From the NCBI GenBank assembly GCA_034433995.1, contig DAOTZU010000169.1:2109-66108 (forward strand): 64,000 nt of DNA, read 5' to 3'. Below the pieces are notes generated by a model, which searched no databases, was not told the DNA's origin, and saw only the letters and a program-made list of their open reading frames with translations. Positions 19,159 through 29,031 of the stretch are shown piece by piece. The first letter of the stretch is position 1; each line of letters opens with the position of its first letter. This DNA comes from Anaerolineae bacterium (GTDB taxonomy: Bacteria > Chloroflexota > Anaerolineae > UBA1429). The position numbers and the translations under genes were made by a program.

Positions 19159-21696
19159 ATGGCTACTGAGAGCTATTCTGCAAACTCTACAGAGCGCTCA
19201 GCCCTTTCTGCCCCTTCCTTTTGGGGTTTTTGGATTCAAAACGCCGCTTTGCCCATCCTGGTCCTCGCCCTGTTGGTGGTGAGCTGGCAGTTGCCCTTTT
19301 CTCAAAACCGCATGTTGACCGAGGCGGCCACCCGGACCTATCAGCTTACCCAGCTAGAGATCGTGCGCGCTGTGGCCCGCAGCGTGGAGCAATATCTCCA
19401 AGAGGCGGTGGAGCGACACGCGGTAACGGATCTCTCGGCCTTGGAGCCGGAGGTCCTGGAGCGGTTTATCGCGCCGGTGCAGGTGTTGCCGGGCGCCAAG
19501 CTCTGGCTCGCTGCCCCGGACCGCGTTGTGTTCGAGCGTGGCGGCGATTTCCCCGCAGAGTATCGCGAGCTCAGCTTGGCCAAAATCTTTGAGCGCCAGT
19601 CGGCCCTTGGGGCGCGCGGTTATGAGGAGCTGCTGCGCGCCATCAGCTACGGCCGTGAAGGGGTGGGTTCGTACGTTTGGCTTCCCCAAAAGGGTACCGA
19701 GATCGCCGCTTGGGCGCCGGTGCGGGTGGGCGAGCGTGTTTGGGTCATTGTGCTTTCCACGCCTTTGCGCGAGGTGCTGCGCTCCATCGGAGTGGGCCGG
19801 GAGATCAATACCTCCATCGTCTCCATGAGCCTGGTGACGGTGCTGAGCCTGATCCTGCTTACCGCCTATGCGCGCAACGCCGTCTTGCGCCGCCGGGCGG
19901 AGGAGGATCTTTGGCGCGTGCGCAACGAGCTGGAATGGCGCGTGCAAGAGCGCACTGCCGAGCTGGACCGGCTGAACGAGGCCCTGCGCCAGGATATCGT
20001 CCGTCGGGAACAGGCCGAGCGCAGCTTGCGCCAACGCGAGCAATATCTGCTCACCCTGGTGGAGCTGCAAAAATATCTCCTCCATCTCGGCCGCGAGGAT
20101 GATCTTTATGCGCCGGCGCTGGCCCTCCTGGGCCAGGTCTCTGGCGCCAGCCGAGTGTATATCTTTGAAAATCACCGGAACGGGGCAGGACGCTTGCTCA
20201 TGAACCAGCGCGCCGAATGGTGCGCGCCGGGGATTCATCCAGAGCTGGATAATCCCCGTTTGCAGCATCTCCCCTACGATCAAGGTTACTCCCGTTGGGA
20301 GGCGACCCTCTCCCAGGGCGAGGTCATCGCCGGCCCCGTGGCCGAGTTCCCTGCCGAGGAACGCCCCCTCTTGGAGGAGCAAGGGATCCTGTCGTTGATG
20401 GTGATCCCACTCCTGGTGCAGGGCGAGTTCTTTGGGTTCATCGGCTTTGACCATTGCCAAGAGGCCAAGGCCTGGAATCCCTCCGAGGTAGCCCTCTTGC
20501 GCAGCGCGGCGGTTTCCATCTCTTTGGCTTTGGAACGGCGCCGCCTGGAGGAGCAGTTGCTCCAGGCGCAAAAGATGGAGGCCATCGGCCGCCTGGCCGG
20601 CGGCGTGGCCCATGATTTCAACAATCTGCTCACCATCATCAACGGCTTTAGCCAGCTCCTGTTGCAGACGGCCAAGCCGGAAGATCCCTGGCGCGAGGGA
20701 TTGGAGCAGATCCGCCAGGCCGGCGAGCGCGGCGCCCATCTGACGCGCCAGCTCCTGACCTTCAGCCGGCGCCAGGTGTTGCGGCCCCAGGTGCTCAATC
20801 TCAACGAGGTGCTGGAGGGCCTGCAAAAAATGTTGCCCCGCCTGTTGGGCGAGGATATCATCATCCAGTATGATCTGGCGCAGGATCTGGGCTGGATCAA
20901 GGCCGATCCGGGACAGATGGAGCAAGTGGTGCTCAATTTGGCCGTCAATGCCCGCGATGCCATGCCCCATGGCGGCACCTTGACGGTGCGCACGGCCAAC
21001 GCCACTTTGGATGGCACCCAGGCGCCGAAAAGGACAGGGCGCTACGTGCGGCTCACCTTCCAGGATACCGGCGTGGGGATGTCGGCCCAGGTGCGGGAAC
21101 ACCTGTTTGAGCCTTTCTTCACCACCAAAGAGGTGGGCAAGGGCACGGGGCTGGGGCTTTCGGTGGTCTATGGCATTGTGCAGCAGAGCGGCGGCTGGAT
21201 CGAGGTGGAAAGCGAGCCGGGGCGCGGTTCCACGTTTATCCTCATGTTGCCCCAGGTGGAGGCGCATCCCGTCGCCACCGAGGCGGAATCCCCTGCGGCG
21301 CCGCGGGGTAGCGGCACGGTCTTGGTGGTGGAGGATAACGAAAACGTGCGCCGCCTGACGGTGCGCCTGGTGCGCGAGCTGGGCTATTCCGCCTTGGAGG
21401 CCTCCAACGGGCCGGAGGCGCTGGAGCTCTTGCGCCGCCGGGATGTGCCGGTGGATGTGGTCTTGAGCGATGTGGTCATGCCCCAGATGAATGGCCGAGA
21501 GCTGGCAGAACGAGCCCGCGAGCTCCGGCCGGAGGTGCGCGTGCTCTTGATGTCCGGCTATCCCCAAAGAGCGGGCCGGCCCGAGGCCGAGGCCGCGTTC
21601 CCCATCCTCGATAAACCCCTCACCTTGGAGAGCCTGGCCCGGGCGTTGCGCCAGGTGCTGGGCAATCACCCCCCGCCCGATGCTTCTCTTCCCTAA
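19159..21696 (+). CDS. hybrid sensor histidine kinase (periplasmic sensor, TM, GAF, HisKA, HATPase, C-terminal receiver)
   Basis: H-box GGVAHDFNNLLTII; N/G boxes; C-terminal REC (VLVVEDNENVRRL...LSDVVMP). Confidence 0.8.
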   Translation: MATESYSANSTERSALSAPSFWGFWIQNAALPILVLALLVVSWQLPFSQNRMLTEAATRTYQLTQLEIVRAVARSVEQYLQEAVERHAVTDLSALEPEVLERFIAPVQVLPGAKLWLAAPDRVVFERGGDFPAEYRELSLAKIFERQSALGARGYEELLRAISYGREGVGSYVWLPQKGTEIAAWAPVRVGERVWVIVLSTPLREVLRSIGVGREINTSIVSMSLVTVLSLILLTAYARNAVLRRRAEEDLWRVRNELEWRVQERTAELDRLNEALRQDIVRREQAERSLRQREQYLLTLVELQKYLLHLGREDDLYAPALALLGQVSGASRVYIFENHRNGAGRLLMNQRAEWCAPGIHPELDNPRLQHLPYDQGYSRWEATLSQGEVIAGPVAEFPAEERPLLEEQGILSLMVIPLLVQGEFFGFIGFDHCQEAKAWNPSEVALLRSAAVSISLALERRRLEEQLLQAQKMEAIGRLAGGVAHDFNNLLTIINGFSQLLLQTAKPEDPWREGLEQIRQAGERGAHLTRQLLTFSRRQVLRPQVLNLNEVLEGLQKMLPRLLGEDIIIQYDLAQDLGWIKADPGQMEQVVLNLAVNARDAMPHGGTLTVRTANATLDGTQAPKRTGRYVRLTFQDTGVGMSAQVREHLFEPFFTTKEVGKGTGLGLSVVYGIVQQSGGWIEVESEPGRGSTFILMLPQVEAHPVATEAESPAAPRGSGTVLVVEDNENVRRLTVRLVRELGYSALEASNGPEALELLRRRDVPVDVVLSDVVMPQMNGRELAERARELRPEVRVLLMSGYPQRAGRPEAEAAFPILDKPLTLESLARALRQVLGNHPPPDASLP

Positions 21697-21768
21697 ATCT
21701 GATGCGCACATCTTGAAATCCCTCACGGTGTTGCATATGATAGGGGCAACACTTGTGGGGGGAGCGCC

Positions 21769-22899
21769 ATGATGAACCAAAATCTGGTGGTGGAGCCGGT
21801 CCGCTCGCGCCGCGACTTGAGGCGTTTCGTCCTGCTGCCGTGGCGCATCTATCGCCACGACCCGAACTGGGTGCCTCCCTTGATCGGTGAACGGATGGCC
21901 TATCTCACGCCATCCCGCAACCCCTTCCTGCACGATGCCGAGATGGACCTTTTCCTGGCCCGCCGCGCAGGGCGGGTGGTGGGCAGCATCGGCGTCATCC
22001 TGGATGCCCAGGGGCGATCGGAGGGGGTGGCCCGCTTCGGCTTCTTTGAGGTGGAGGAGGATTACGCCGCGGCGGCGGCGCTGTTGGATCGGGCCCGCCG
22101 CTGGGCCAAGGAGCATGGCGCAAGCTGGCTGCGCGGCCCGGCCAATTTCAGCGAATGGGAATGCCCCGGCGTCTTGGTGGAGGGCACCGATTGCCCCCCG
22201 GTGATGTTGGCCGCCCACACCCCCCTCTACTACCGCGAGTTCCTGGAGCGCTACGGCATGGCAAGTTACCAGGATATGTTCGCCTGGCGCGCTTTCCGCG
22301 AGCAGATCGGCGAGGGCTTGGAACACGTGCCCGATATCCTGGCCCATGTGGCCCAGGTGGCCGAGCAACACCACGTTGTCGTGCGCAAGCTGCGTTTCGA
22401 CCACTGGACCGAGGATGTGGATACCGCCTGTTATCTCTTTAACGCCACGTTGCAACATCTGCCCAAGTTTGTGCCCATCTCCCAAGAGGATTTTCGCCAT
22501 TTCGCCGAGCAGGTGCGCCCCCTCCTGGATCCCGACCTGGCCCTCTTTGCCGAGGTGGATGGCAAGGTGGTGGGTTTTTGCGTCTCCTGGCCCGATTTCA
22601 ACCGCGTCCTGATCCATCTCAACGGCAGGCTGTGGCCTTTGGGCTGGGTGAAGCTGTTTTGGTACATGCGCCGGATAGATGTGCTCACCTTCAAGCTCAT
22701 GGGCCTCTTGCCCGAATATCGCCTGCGCGGGATCGATGCGTTGCTCTTTCTCTCCTCCCTGCGGGCGATGATGGCCAAGGGCTATCGCTGGTTGGATGGT
22801 TCCCTCACTTCGGAGTATAATGCGGCTGTCAATCAATTAGCGGCGCGGTTTGGCGCGGAGCGTTACAAACACTATCGTTTGTACCAGATGGCGGTATAG
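21769..22899 (+). CDS. FemAB-like / GNAT-fold acyltransferase (Acetyltransf_6-like), putative
   Basis: 376-aa two-lobed GNAT-like protein; translationally coupled (4-nt gap) to downstream AMP-ligase gene. Confidence 0.55.
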   Translation: MMNQNLVVEPVRSRRDLRRFVLLPWRIYRHDPNWVPPLIGERMAYLTPSRNPFLHDAEMDLFLARRAGRVVGSIGVILDAQGRSEGVARFGFFEVEEDYAAAAALLDRARRWAKEHGASWLRGPANFSEWECPGVLVEGTDCPPVMLAAHTPLYYREFLERYGMASYQDMFAWRAFREQIGEGLEHVPDILAHVAQVAEQHHVVVRKLRFDHWTEDVDTACYLFNATLQHLPKFVPISQEDFRHFAEQVRPLLDPDLALFAEVDGKVVGFCVSWPDFNRVLIHLNGRLWPLGWVKLFWYMRRIDVLTFKLMGLLPEYRLRGIDALLFLSSLRAMMAKGYRWLDGSLTSEYNAAVNQLAARFGAERYKHYRLYQMAV

Positions 22900-22903
22900 C
22901 GTC

Positions 22904-24598
22904 ATGATCACCGCGAACATGACCCTTTACCAGGCCTTGCTCCAGGAGGCCCGCCAGCATCCGGAGCGCGAGGCCCTCATTGTCGAGGATGTGCGCCTGA
23001 CCTATGGCCAATTGCTGGCCCGCTGTGAGGCGCTGGCTTGGGGGCTGCACCGGGCAGGGCTGCAACCGGGAGAGCGGGTGGCCAGCCTCCTGCCGCCGGG
23101 GTGGCCCGCGGTGGTGTTGCTCTTTGCCCTGGCGAGGCTGGGGGCGGTTGCCGTGCCCCTGAACCCCCAATTCCGCCGTCGCCAGTTGGAGCAGATCCTG
23201 GCCGAGGTGGAGCCGGTCTTTTTGTTCACGGCGGCGCCTCCCCATACCGCCGAGGATCCGGCCACCATCCGAGAGGTCGCGGCGGCCGTGCCCTCCCTGC
23301 GGCAGGTGGTGCTGGTGGAGGATGGGGAGGGGACGCCTTGGAGCGAGCTCCTCCGGCACGCGCCGCCGGTGGAGTGGCCCGAGGGCCCGGCTTCGCCGGA
23401 CGATCTGGCGGTGATCCTTTACACCTCCGGCACCACAGGCCAACCCAAAGGGGTGATGCACAGCCACCGGGGCTTGATCACGCCGGTCTTGGCCAGCCTC
23501 ACCTTGCGACGCATGTGGCTCCATGCCCCCTCGCCGGCCCGGCTCTTGCAGATGGCCGGCTTGGTGGCCCGCTACGGTACGCGGCTGCTCCAGGCCGCCG
23601 GCAAGCCACAGACCTTTCTCACCGCCCTGGGCACCTCCGCCATCGCCGGCGTGGAGGTGGTGTTGCAGGCCCTCTTGATGGGCGATCGCCTCATCCTCAT
23701 GCCCCATTTTCACCCGGTGGAGACCCTGCGCTGGATCCAGCGCGAACGGGTGACGGTGTTGATCGCCGTGCCCTTTGCCTTGGGTGTGTTGGTCAAGATG
23801 CGCGATCTGGAGCGTTACGACCTTTCCTCCCTTTTGATTTGTGGCACCGGCTCGGCCCCCTGCCCGCCGGAGCTGGCCCGCCAGGTGCAGGAGCGTTTCG
23901 GCTGTGCCGTGCACATCGGTTTTGGCACCACCGAGATCGGCGGCGGCATCTCGGCCACCAGCATCGAAGATTCCTCTGAGCGCCAGGCCGAGACGGTGGG
24001 CCGGCCCATGCCGGGCATGGAGGTGCGGGTGGTGGATGAGCAGGGGCGGCCCTTGCCCCCCGGCGCGGTGGGCGAATTGGTCTGCCGCAGCCCCAGCCGC
24101 ATGTTGGGCTACTATCGGGCGCCAGAGTTGACCCGCGAGGTGTTGGACCCCGAGGGCTGGTACCACACCGGCGACCTGGCCACCATGGATGAGCAAGGGT
24201 TCATCCGCATCGTGGGGCGCAAAAAGGACGTCATCATCCGCGGCGGGCAAAATATCTACCCCGCCGAGATCGAGCACTTTTTAATGTCCTTGCCCGGCAT
24301 CCGCGAGGCGGCGGTGGTGGGCGTGCCGGCCCCGGCCGGCGGCGAGCAGGTGTGGGCGTTCATCATCCCGGAAGAAGGGGCCACGGTGGATGCCCAAGAG
24401 GTGTTGGCCCGCTGCCGAGGGGCGTTGGCGCGCTACCAGGTGCCCGAGCAGGTGCGTTTTGTCTCTACTTTGCCCCGTTCCGCGCTGGGCAAGGTGAACA
24501 AGGTGGCCCTGCGCGCCGAGGCGTTGCAGGAGTTCAGCGCCAAGCCGGCTCAAGAGGTAACCCTTGGCACCGATGGGAGCGCTCCCGCGAACGCCTGA
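22904..24598 (+). CDS. AMP-dependent synthetase/ligase (acyl-CoA or acyl-ACP ligase)
   Basis: YTSGTTGQPKGV, GTTE, and ...KVNK motifs of adenylate-forming enzymes. Confidence 0.85.
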   Translation: MITANMTLYQALLQEARQHPEREALIVEDVRLTYGQLLARCEALAWGLHRAGLQPGERVASLLPPGWPAVVLLFALARLGAVAVPLNPQFRRRQLEQILAEVEPVFLFTAAPPHTAEDPATIREVAAAVPSLRQVVLVEDGEGTPWSELLRHAPPVEWPEGPASPDDLAVILYTSGTTGQPKGVMHSHRGLITPVLASLTLRRMWLHAPSPARLLQMAGLVARYGTRLLQAAGKPQTFLTALGTSAIAGVEVVLQALLMGDRLILMPHFHPVETLRWIQRERVTVLIAVPFALGVLVKMRDLERYDLSSLLICGTGSAPCPPELARQVQERFGCAVHIGFGTTEIGGGISATSIEDSSERQAETVGRPMPGMEVRVVDEQGRPLPPGAVGELVCRSPSRMLGYYRAPELTREVLDPEGWYHTGDLATMDEQGFIRIVGRKKDVIIRGGQNIYPAEIEHFLMSLPGIREAAVVGVPAPAGGEQVWAFIIPEEGATVDAQEVLARCRGALARYQVPEQVRFVSTLPRSALGKVNKVALRAEALQEFSAKPAQEVTLGTDGSAPANA

Positions 24599-24665
24599 CC
24601 ATGATGCTGGGCGGGCCGGCTGAGCCCTGAGGGCTGAGAGCTGACCGCTATCGTTGAGGAGGATA

Positions 24666-24974
24666 ATGATGACCTCGTCTCTAACGCATCCGTTGGGCTT
24701 GGAAGAGTTCCGCCAGTTGGTCGCCAAAGAATTGCAAATAGACCTTGCCCAGGTGACGCCCCAATCCTCCTTCATTGAGGATCTGCAGGTGGATTCCATC
24801 CACATGGTGGAGCTCATGCTGCGGCTGGAGGAGTTGGGCATCACCATCCCCCTGGAGCAGGCCTGGGAGATCCACACGGTGGAGGATGCCTATCGTTGCT
24901 ACCGTGCCGGGGTCGAAGCCTCCGCTGCTCCCCAGACCGGTGACCAGCATGCCCCGGCCACCTCGGGCGGCTGA
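24666..24974 (+). CDS. acyl carrier protein (phosphopantetheine-binding)
   Basis: DLQVDSIHMVEL phosphopantetheine attachment-site context; GAGGAGG RBS. Confidence 0.75.
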   Translation: MMTSSLTHPLGLEEFRQLVAKELQIDLAQVTPQSSFIEDLQVDSIHMVELMLRLEELGITIPLEQAWEIHTVEDAYRCYRAGVEASAAPQTGDQHAPATSGG

Positions 24975-24987
24975 GACCGACGGACTC

Positions 24988-25023
24988 CTTGGCAGGGCGC
25001 GAGGCTCCTCGTGCCCTGCCAAG
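24988..25023. terminator. strong hairpin (about 16-bp stem) after ACP gene
   Basis: CTTGGCAGGGCGCGAGG-ctc-CTCGTGCCCTGCCAAG. Confidence 0.5.
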
Positions 25024-25244
25024 ATGCGTTGGCGATGTGCGTCGGAGAGTATCGCTCCGGCCTAAAGGTCGGGCGTGGTCTTGTTTTCCCTCTTTTCAAC
25101 CCCCCGGTTTGCTGGCTTGGCTGCGTTGGGTCGTAAAATCTCTGTGAATTAACGTTGCCTTCACGTTCCCCCTGGCGCTTCTTGGGTACAATAAGGGCGC
25201 TTCTGAAGGATTCTTTCGATTTCAGTGCCTTTGAGGAGCGAGCT

Positions 25245-25460
25245 ATGGCATCCGACGAGCGCATGACCCTGTTGACGGCCAAAGAGGCGGCCAAGTACCT
25301 GCGGGTGAGTCTCTTTACCCTGAGCCGGATCGAGAAGGAGGGACACCTTTTGCCCTTCCGGACGCCAGGGGGGCATCGCCGCTATAGCATCCACATGTTG
25401 AACGAATATTTGGAGCGCAGCCGCCAGGCCGACCGGACCACATCCCCCGCCAAGGCCTAG
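25245..25460 (+). CDS. small helix-turn-helix DNA-binding protein (excisionase/MerR-type HTH_17-like)
   Basis: LLTAKEAAKYLRVSLFTLSRIEKEG; start 25245 after GAGGAG. Confidence 0.6.
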   Translation: MASDERMTLLTAKEAAKYLRVSLFTLSRIEKEGHLLPFRTPGGHRRYSIHMLNEYLERSRQADRTTSPAKA

Positions 25461-25492
25461 AAGGGCCCTGGGGCGGGCGCGAGAGGTGCACC

Positions 25493-27007
25493 GTGGCTGA
25501 TCCATGCAAGCCGGACAAGATCCTCGTGGTGGACGACGAGGCGAACATCCGCCAGATCATCATCCGTGTCCTTGAGCAACGGGGCTACCGGGTGAAGGAG
25601 GCGGCCAACGGCGCGCAGGCCCTGGACTTCCTGCGCGAGGAGCCCTTTGACCTCGTCATCACCGATCTGCGCATGCCCCAGATGGAGGGTTTGGAGCTCT
25701 TGGAGCGGGCGCGGGAGCTTTATCCGGAGACGGATTTCATCATCCTCACCGCCCATGGCACCATCGAAAGCGCCGTCTGGGCCATGCAGCGCGGCGCCGA
25801 TGATTACCTCACCAAGCCCTTTGATGTGCGCGATCTGGAGCTCAAGGTCTCCCAATGCTTTGAGCGGCGCCGCCGGCGCTACGAGGCCCGGCGGCGTTCT
25901 CCCCTGGAACCCCTGGTGGAGCTGGGGCGCATCCTCTCCAGCCAGACGGGCCTGCCCACCAAGCTGGAGCAGATGTTGGAGCAGATTCTGGACCTTATGC
26001 GGCGCACCTTTGCCCCCAACGGCATCGTCATGACCCTGTTCGATCCCCAGAGCCAGCAAGAGGTCACCGTCATCCAGAGCGGCCTGGTGCCCGAGGCTTT
26101 GGGGTATCCCCGGCTCTCTTATGAGGCCATGCGCCAGCTCGCCCAGCGGCCACGGGGATGGTGCCTGCGGGAGGCCGGCGATGCGGCGCCCCTGGAGCGA
26201 GAGGCCCAGAGCGGCGGCGGCATCACCGTCCCCTTGTTTGTGGGCGAGGAGATGGCCGGCGAGCTGACCCTGGTCCGCCAGCCCGGCGCGCCGCGTTACA
26301 CTCCGGAGGATGCCCAGCTCCTGCAGATCTTTGGCTTTCAGGTGGGCATCGCCGTGTTGCAAACCAGGACCCGCCAACGCTTGCTGGAGGCCTTCCAGAA
26401 CCTCCGCCAGGTTACCGTGGAGGCGGTGCAGACCCTTTTTGCGGCGGTGGGCACGTATGACCAATACACCCACGACCATTCCCAGCGGGTGGCCCAGTAT
26501 GCTTATTGGTTGGGGCAACGTGTGGGGCTGGTGGGACGGGAGCTGGAGGCGGTGCGGATTGCCGGTTTGCTCCATGATATCGGCAAGCTGGGCGTGGCCG
26601 ATGAAACGTTGCACAAGAACGGCCGCCTCACCTCCGACGAGTTCGATCGTGTCAAGCTCCACCCGGTGATGGGCGCCCGCATCCTCATGGGCATGGAGGC
26701 CTTTGCCGAGGCGGTGCCCTTGGTGCTCCATCACCATGAACATTATGACGGCAAGGGCTATCCTGACGGCCTGGCCGGCGAGGCGATCCCCCTGGGGGCG
26801 CGCATCATCGCCGTGGTGGATGCTTTCGATTCCATGACCTCCGATCGCCCCTACCGCCCCGCGCTCTCTGTGGCCGAGGCCTTTGGCCTGCTCCGCGGCG
26901 CGGCGGGGACCCAGTTGGATGGTCATTTGGTGGAGGAATGGATCGCGCTGGTGCAGCAAGAGCCCGAAAAAGTAAGCGGTGCTCGCCTGGGGCTAGAAAG
27001 CAGGTGA
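25493..27007 (+). CDS. response regulator with REC, GAF and HD-GYP domains (putative c-di-GMP phosphodiesterase)
   Basis: N-terminal REC (ILVVDDEANIRQ...DLVITDLRMP); HD motif LLHDIGK; HHHEHYDGKGYP (GYP motif). Confidence 0.8.
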   Translation: MADPCKPDKILVVDDEANIRQIIIRVLEQRGYRVKEAANGAQALDFLREEPFDLVITDLRMPQMEGLELLERARELYPETDFIILTAHGTIESAVWAMQRGADDYLTKPFDVRDLELKVSQCFERRRRRYEARRRSPLEPLVELGRILSSQTGLPTKLEQMLEQILDLMRRTFAPNGIVMTLFDPQSQQEVTVIQSGLVPEALGYPRLSYEAMRQLAQRPRGWCLREAGDAAPLEREAQSGGGITVPLFVGEEMAGELTLVRQPGAPRYTPEDAQLLQIFGFQVGIAVLQTRTRQRLLEAFQNLRQVTVEAVQTLFAAVGTYDQYTHDHSQRVAQYAYWLGQRVGLVGRELEAVRIAGLLHDIGKLGVADETLHKNGRLTSDEFDRVKLHPVMGARILMGMEAFAEAVPLVLHHHEHYDGKGYPDGLAGEAIPLGARIIAVVDAFDSMTSDRPYRPALSVAEAFGLLRGAAGTQLDGHLVEEWIALVQQEPEKVSGARLGLESR

Positions 27008-27013
27008 GGTTGG

Positions 27014-28636
27014 ATGCCTGAGCGGATTTTACTTGTGGATGATGAACAAGAGATCGTCGAGTTTGCCGGCCGGGTGCTCCAGCGGCTGGGGTACGAGACC
27101 GTCACGGCCACCTCCGGCGAGGCGGCTTTGGCGCTCCTCTCCCAGGAGCATTTTGACCTGTTGGTCACAGATCTCATGATGCCGGGGATGACGGGGCTGG
27201 AGCTTTTGGCGGCGGCGCGCCAGGCGAACCCTCACCTGGCGACGGTGGTCATCACCGGGTTCGGCAGCGTGGAGATGGCCATCAAGGCCCTGCGGGCCGG
27301 CGCGGGAGATTTTGTCACCAAGCCCTTTGGCATGGCCGATCTCCGCGCCGCCGTGGAGCACGCCCTGGAGCAGGGGCGGCTGTTGCGCGAGAACGCCCGC
27401 CTGCGCGCCCTCTTGCCCCTTTTGGAGCTGAACAAGCAGAGCTTGCGCCAGGATTTGCCGTCGCTCCTGCAGCACCTTGTGGAGATCGCCCAGGAGGAGA
27501 CGGGCGCCGATGGGGCGGCCCTGTTGCTCCTCGGTGAAGACGGCCATACGTACATCGAGGGAAGACTTGGGCTCATCCCCGCAAGTTGCACCGAATGCGA
27601 GAACATTACCCGCAATATGAGTGCCTCCGAAGAGGCGCGTATCTTGAGCCCGCAGGACGCGCCCTCGCCCACGCTGTGCGAGGCGATGCAAGAGCACGGC
27701 ATTGCCTCGCTCATGTGCGTGCCTTTGCGCACCCCCAACCGCTATCTGGGCGTCATGGCGTTGACCAAGGCCGCCGGCCACGAGCTCTTCCGCGAGGCGG
27801 ACCGGGAGTTGGCCTCCATCTTGGGAAGCCAGGCGGCGGCGCTTTTGGAGAACGCCAACCTGGTACAAAAGTTGGGGGCCTGGAACAAGGAGCTGGAGGC
27901 GCGGGTGGAGGAGCGCACCCGCGAGCTTCGCGCCGCCCAGGAGCAGCTCTTGCGCGCCGAACGCCTGGCCACCATCGGCAAGTTCGGCGCCAGCATCGCC
28001 CATGAGTTGCGCAACCCGCTGGGTGTGATCAACAACTCGGTCTATTACCTCAAAACGCGCCTGGGCGAGGCTGATCCCAAGGTTGCCAAGCATCTCCAGA
28101 TCATCGAGCGCGAGGTGGAGGCCGCAAACCGCATCATCACCGATATCATGAACTTTGTGCGTGTCACCGAGGTGCGGATGGAGCCGGTAGATCCGAACGC
28201 GTTGGTGCGCCAAACCCTGGAACGGGCTTTGTTGCCCGATACGGTGCAAGTGCAGTTGGCTCTCACCCCTGATCTGCCTCCTGTACAGGCGGATGCCGAT
28301 AAGATGCACCAGGTCTTTATCAATCTGATCAACAACGCCGTCCAAGCCATGCCCGAGGGCGGAAAGCTCACCATTGCCACGGATCAGCAGAACGGTTGCG
28401 TCCGTTTTAGTTTTAGCGATACCGGCTGCGGCATCCCCGAGGAGAACATGGAGCGCATCTTTGAGCCCTTGTTCACCACCAAGGCCAAAGGGATCGGCCT
28501 GGGGTTGCCGCTGGTGCGGATGTTGGTGGAGGCGCACCGTGGCCAGGTTCAGGTCGCCAGCCGCGTGGGCGAAGGAACCCGCTTCACCGTGTGCTTGCCC
28601 TATCAAGAGCATCATAAGGAGCACCTGACCACATGA
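27014..28636 (+). CDS. hybrid REC-GAF-histidine kinase
   Basis: N-terminal REC; H-box ASIAHELRNPL; HATPase G-boxes. Confidence 0.8.
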   Translation: MPERILLVDDEQEIVEFAGRVLQRLGYETVTATSGEAALALLSQEHFDLLVTDLMMPGMTGLELLAAARQANPHLATVVITGFGSVEMAIKALRAGAGDFVTKPFGMADLRAAVEHALEQGRLLRENARLRALLPLLELNKQSLRQDLPSLLQHLVEIAQEETGADGAALLLLGEDGHTYIEGRLGLIPASCTECENITRNMSASEEARILSPQDAPSPTLCEAMQEHGIASLMCVPLRTPNRYLGVMALTKAAGHELFREADRELASILGSQAAALLENANLVQKLGAWNKELEARVEERTRELRAAQEQLLRAERLATIGKFGASIAHELRNPLGVINNSVYYLKTRLGEADPKVAKHLQIIEREVEAANRIITDIMNFVRVTEVRMEPVDPNALVRQTLERALLPDTVQVQLALTPDLPPVQADADKMHQVFINLINNAVQAMPEGGKLTIATDQQNGCVRFSFSDTGCGIPEENMERIFEPLFTTKAKGIGLGLPLVRMLVEAHRGQVQVASRVGEGTRFTVCLPYQEHHKEHLTT

Positions 28637-29031
28637 CCGACGAACCTGCACGTCCTGCGTTGCTGTTGGTGGTGGATGACGAAGAGGGCATGCGCGATAC
28701 CCTGCTGGACATCTTGGAGGCGTATGACTTTGACGTCGACCAGGCCTGTAACGGCCAAGAGGCGGTGGACAAGGTGAAGCGGCGGCCCTATAACCTGGTG
28801 TTGATGGATGTCAAGATGCCGGTGATGGATGGCCTGATGGCGCTCCATCTCATCAGGACGATCCGCCCCAAGCTGCCGGTGATCCTGATGACCGCCTATG
28901 CCGACACCTTCTCGCTGGATCGGGCCAAGGTGGATGGAGCGACGGCGATCTTTGCCAAGCCCCTCAAGCTGGACGATCTGCTGCGCTTGATCCAAAGCCT
29001 TTTGCCCGTGCAGGGCAGGGGAGGCTGCTGA
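28633..29031 (+). CDS. single-domain response regulator (REC)
   Basis: LLVVDDEEGMRD...VLMDVKMP...ILMTAY; 4-nt overlap with upstream kinase. Confidence 0.8.
   Translation: MTDEPARPALLLVVDDEEGMRDTLLDILEAYDFDVDQACNGQEAVDKVKRRPYNLVLMDVKMPVMDGLMALHLIRTIRPKLPVILMTAYADTFSLDRAKVDGATAIFAKPLKLDDLLRLIQSLLPVQGRGGC

Noticed and set aside
19354-22836. 1160-aa minus-strand ORF spanning the hybrid kinase and acyltransferase genes
   Set aside because: Mirror-frame artefact across two strongly supported plus-strand genes; Arg/Gly/Ala-rich, no domain content. The same reasoning applies to 27029..28651, 54652..56031, 9046..10716, 892..1809 and 33506..34735.
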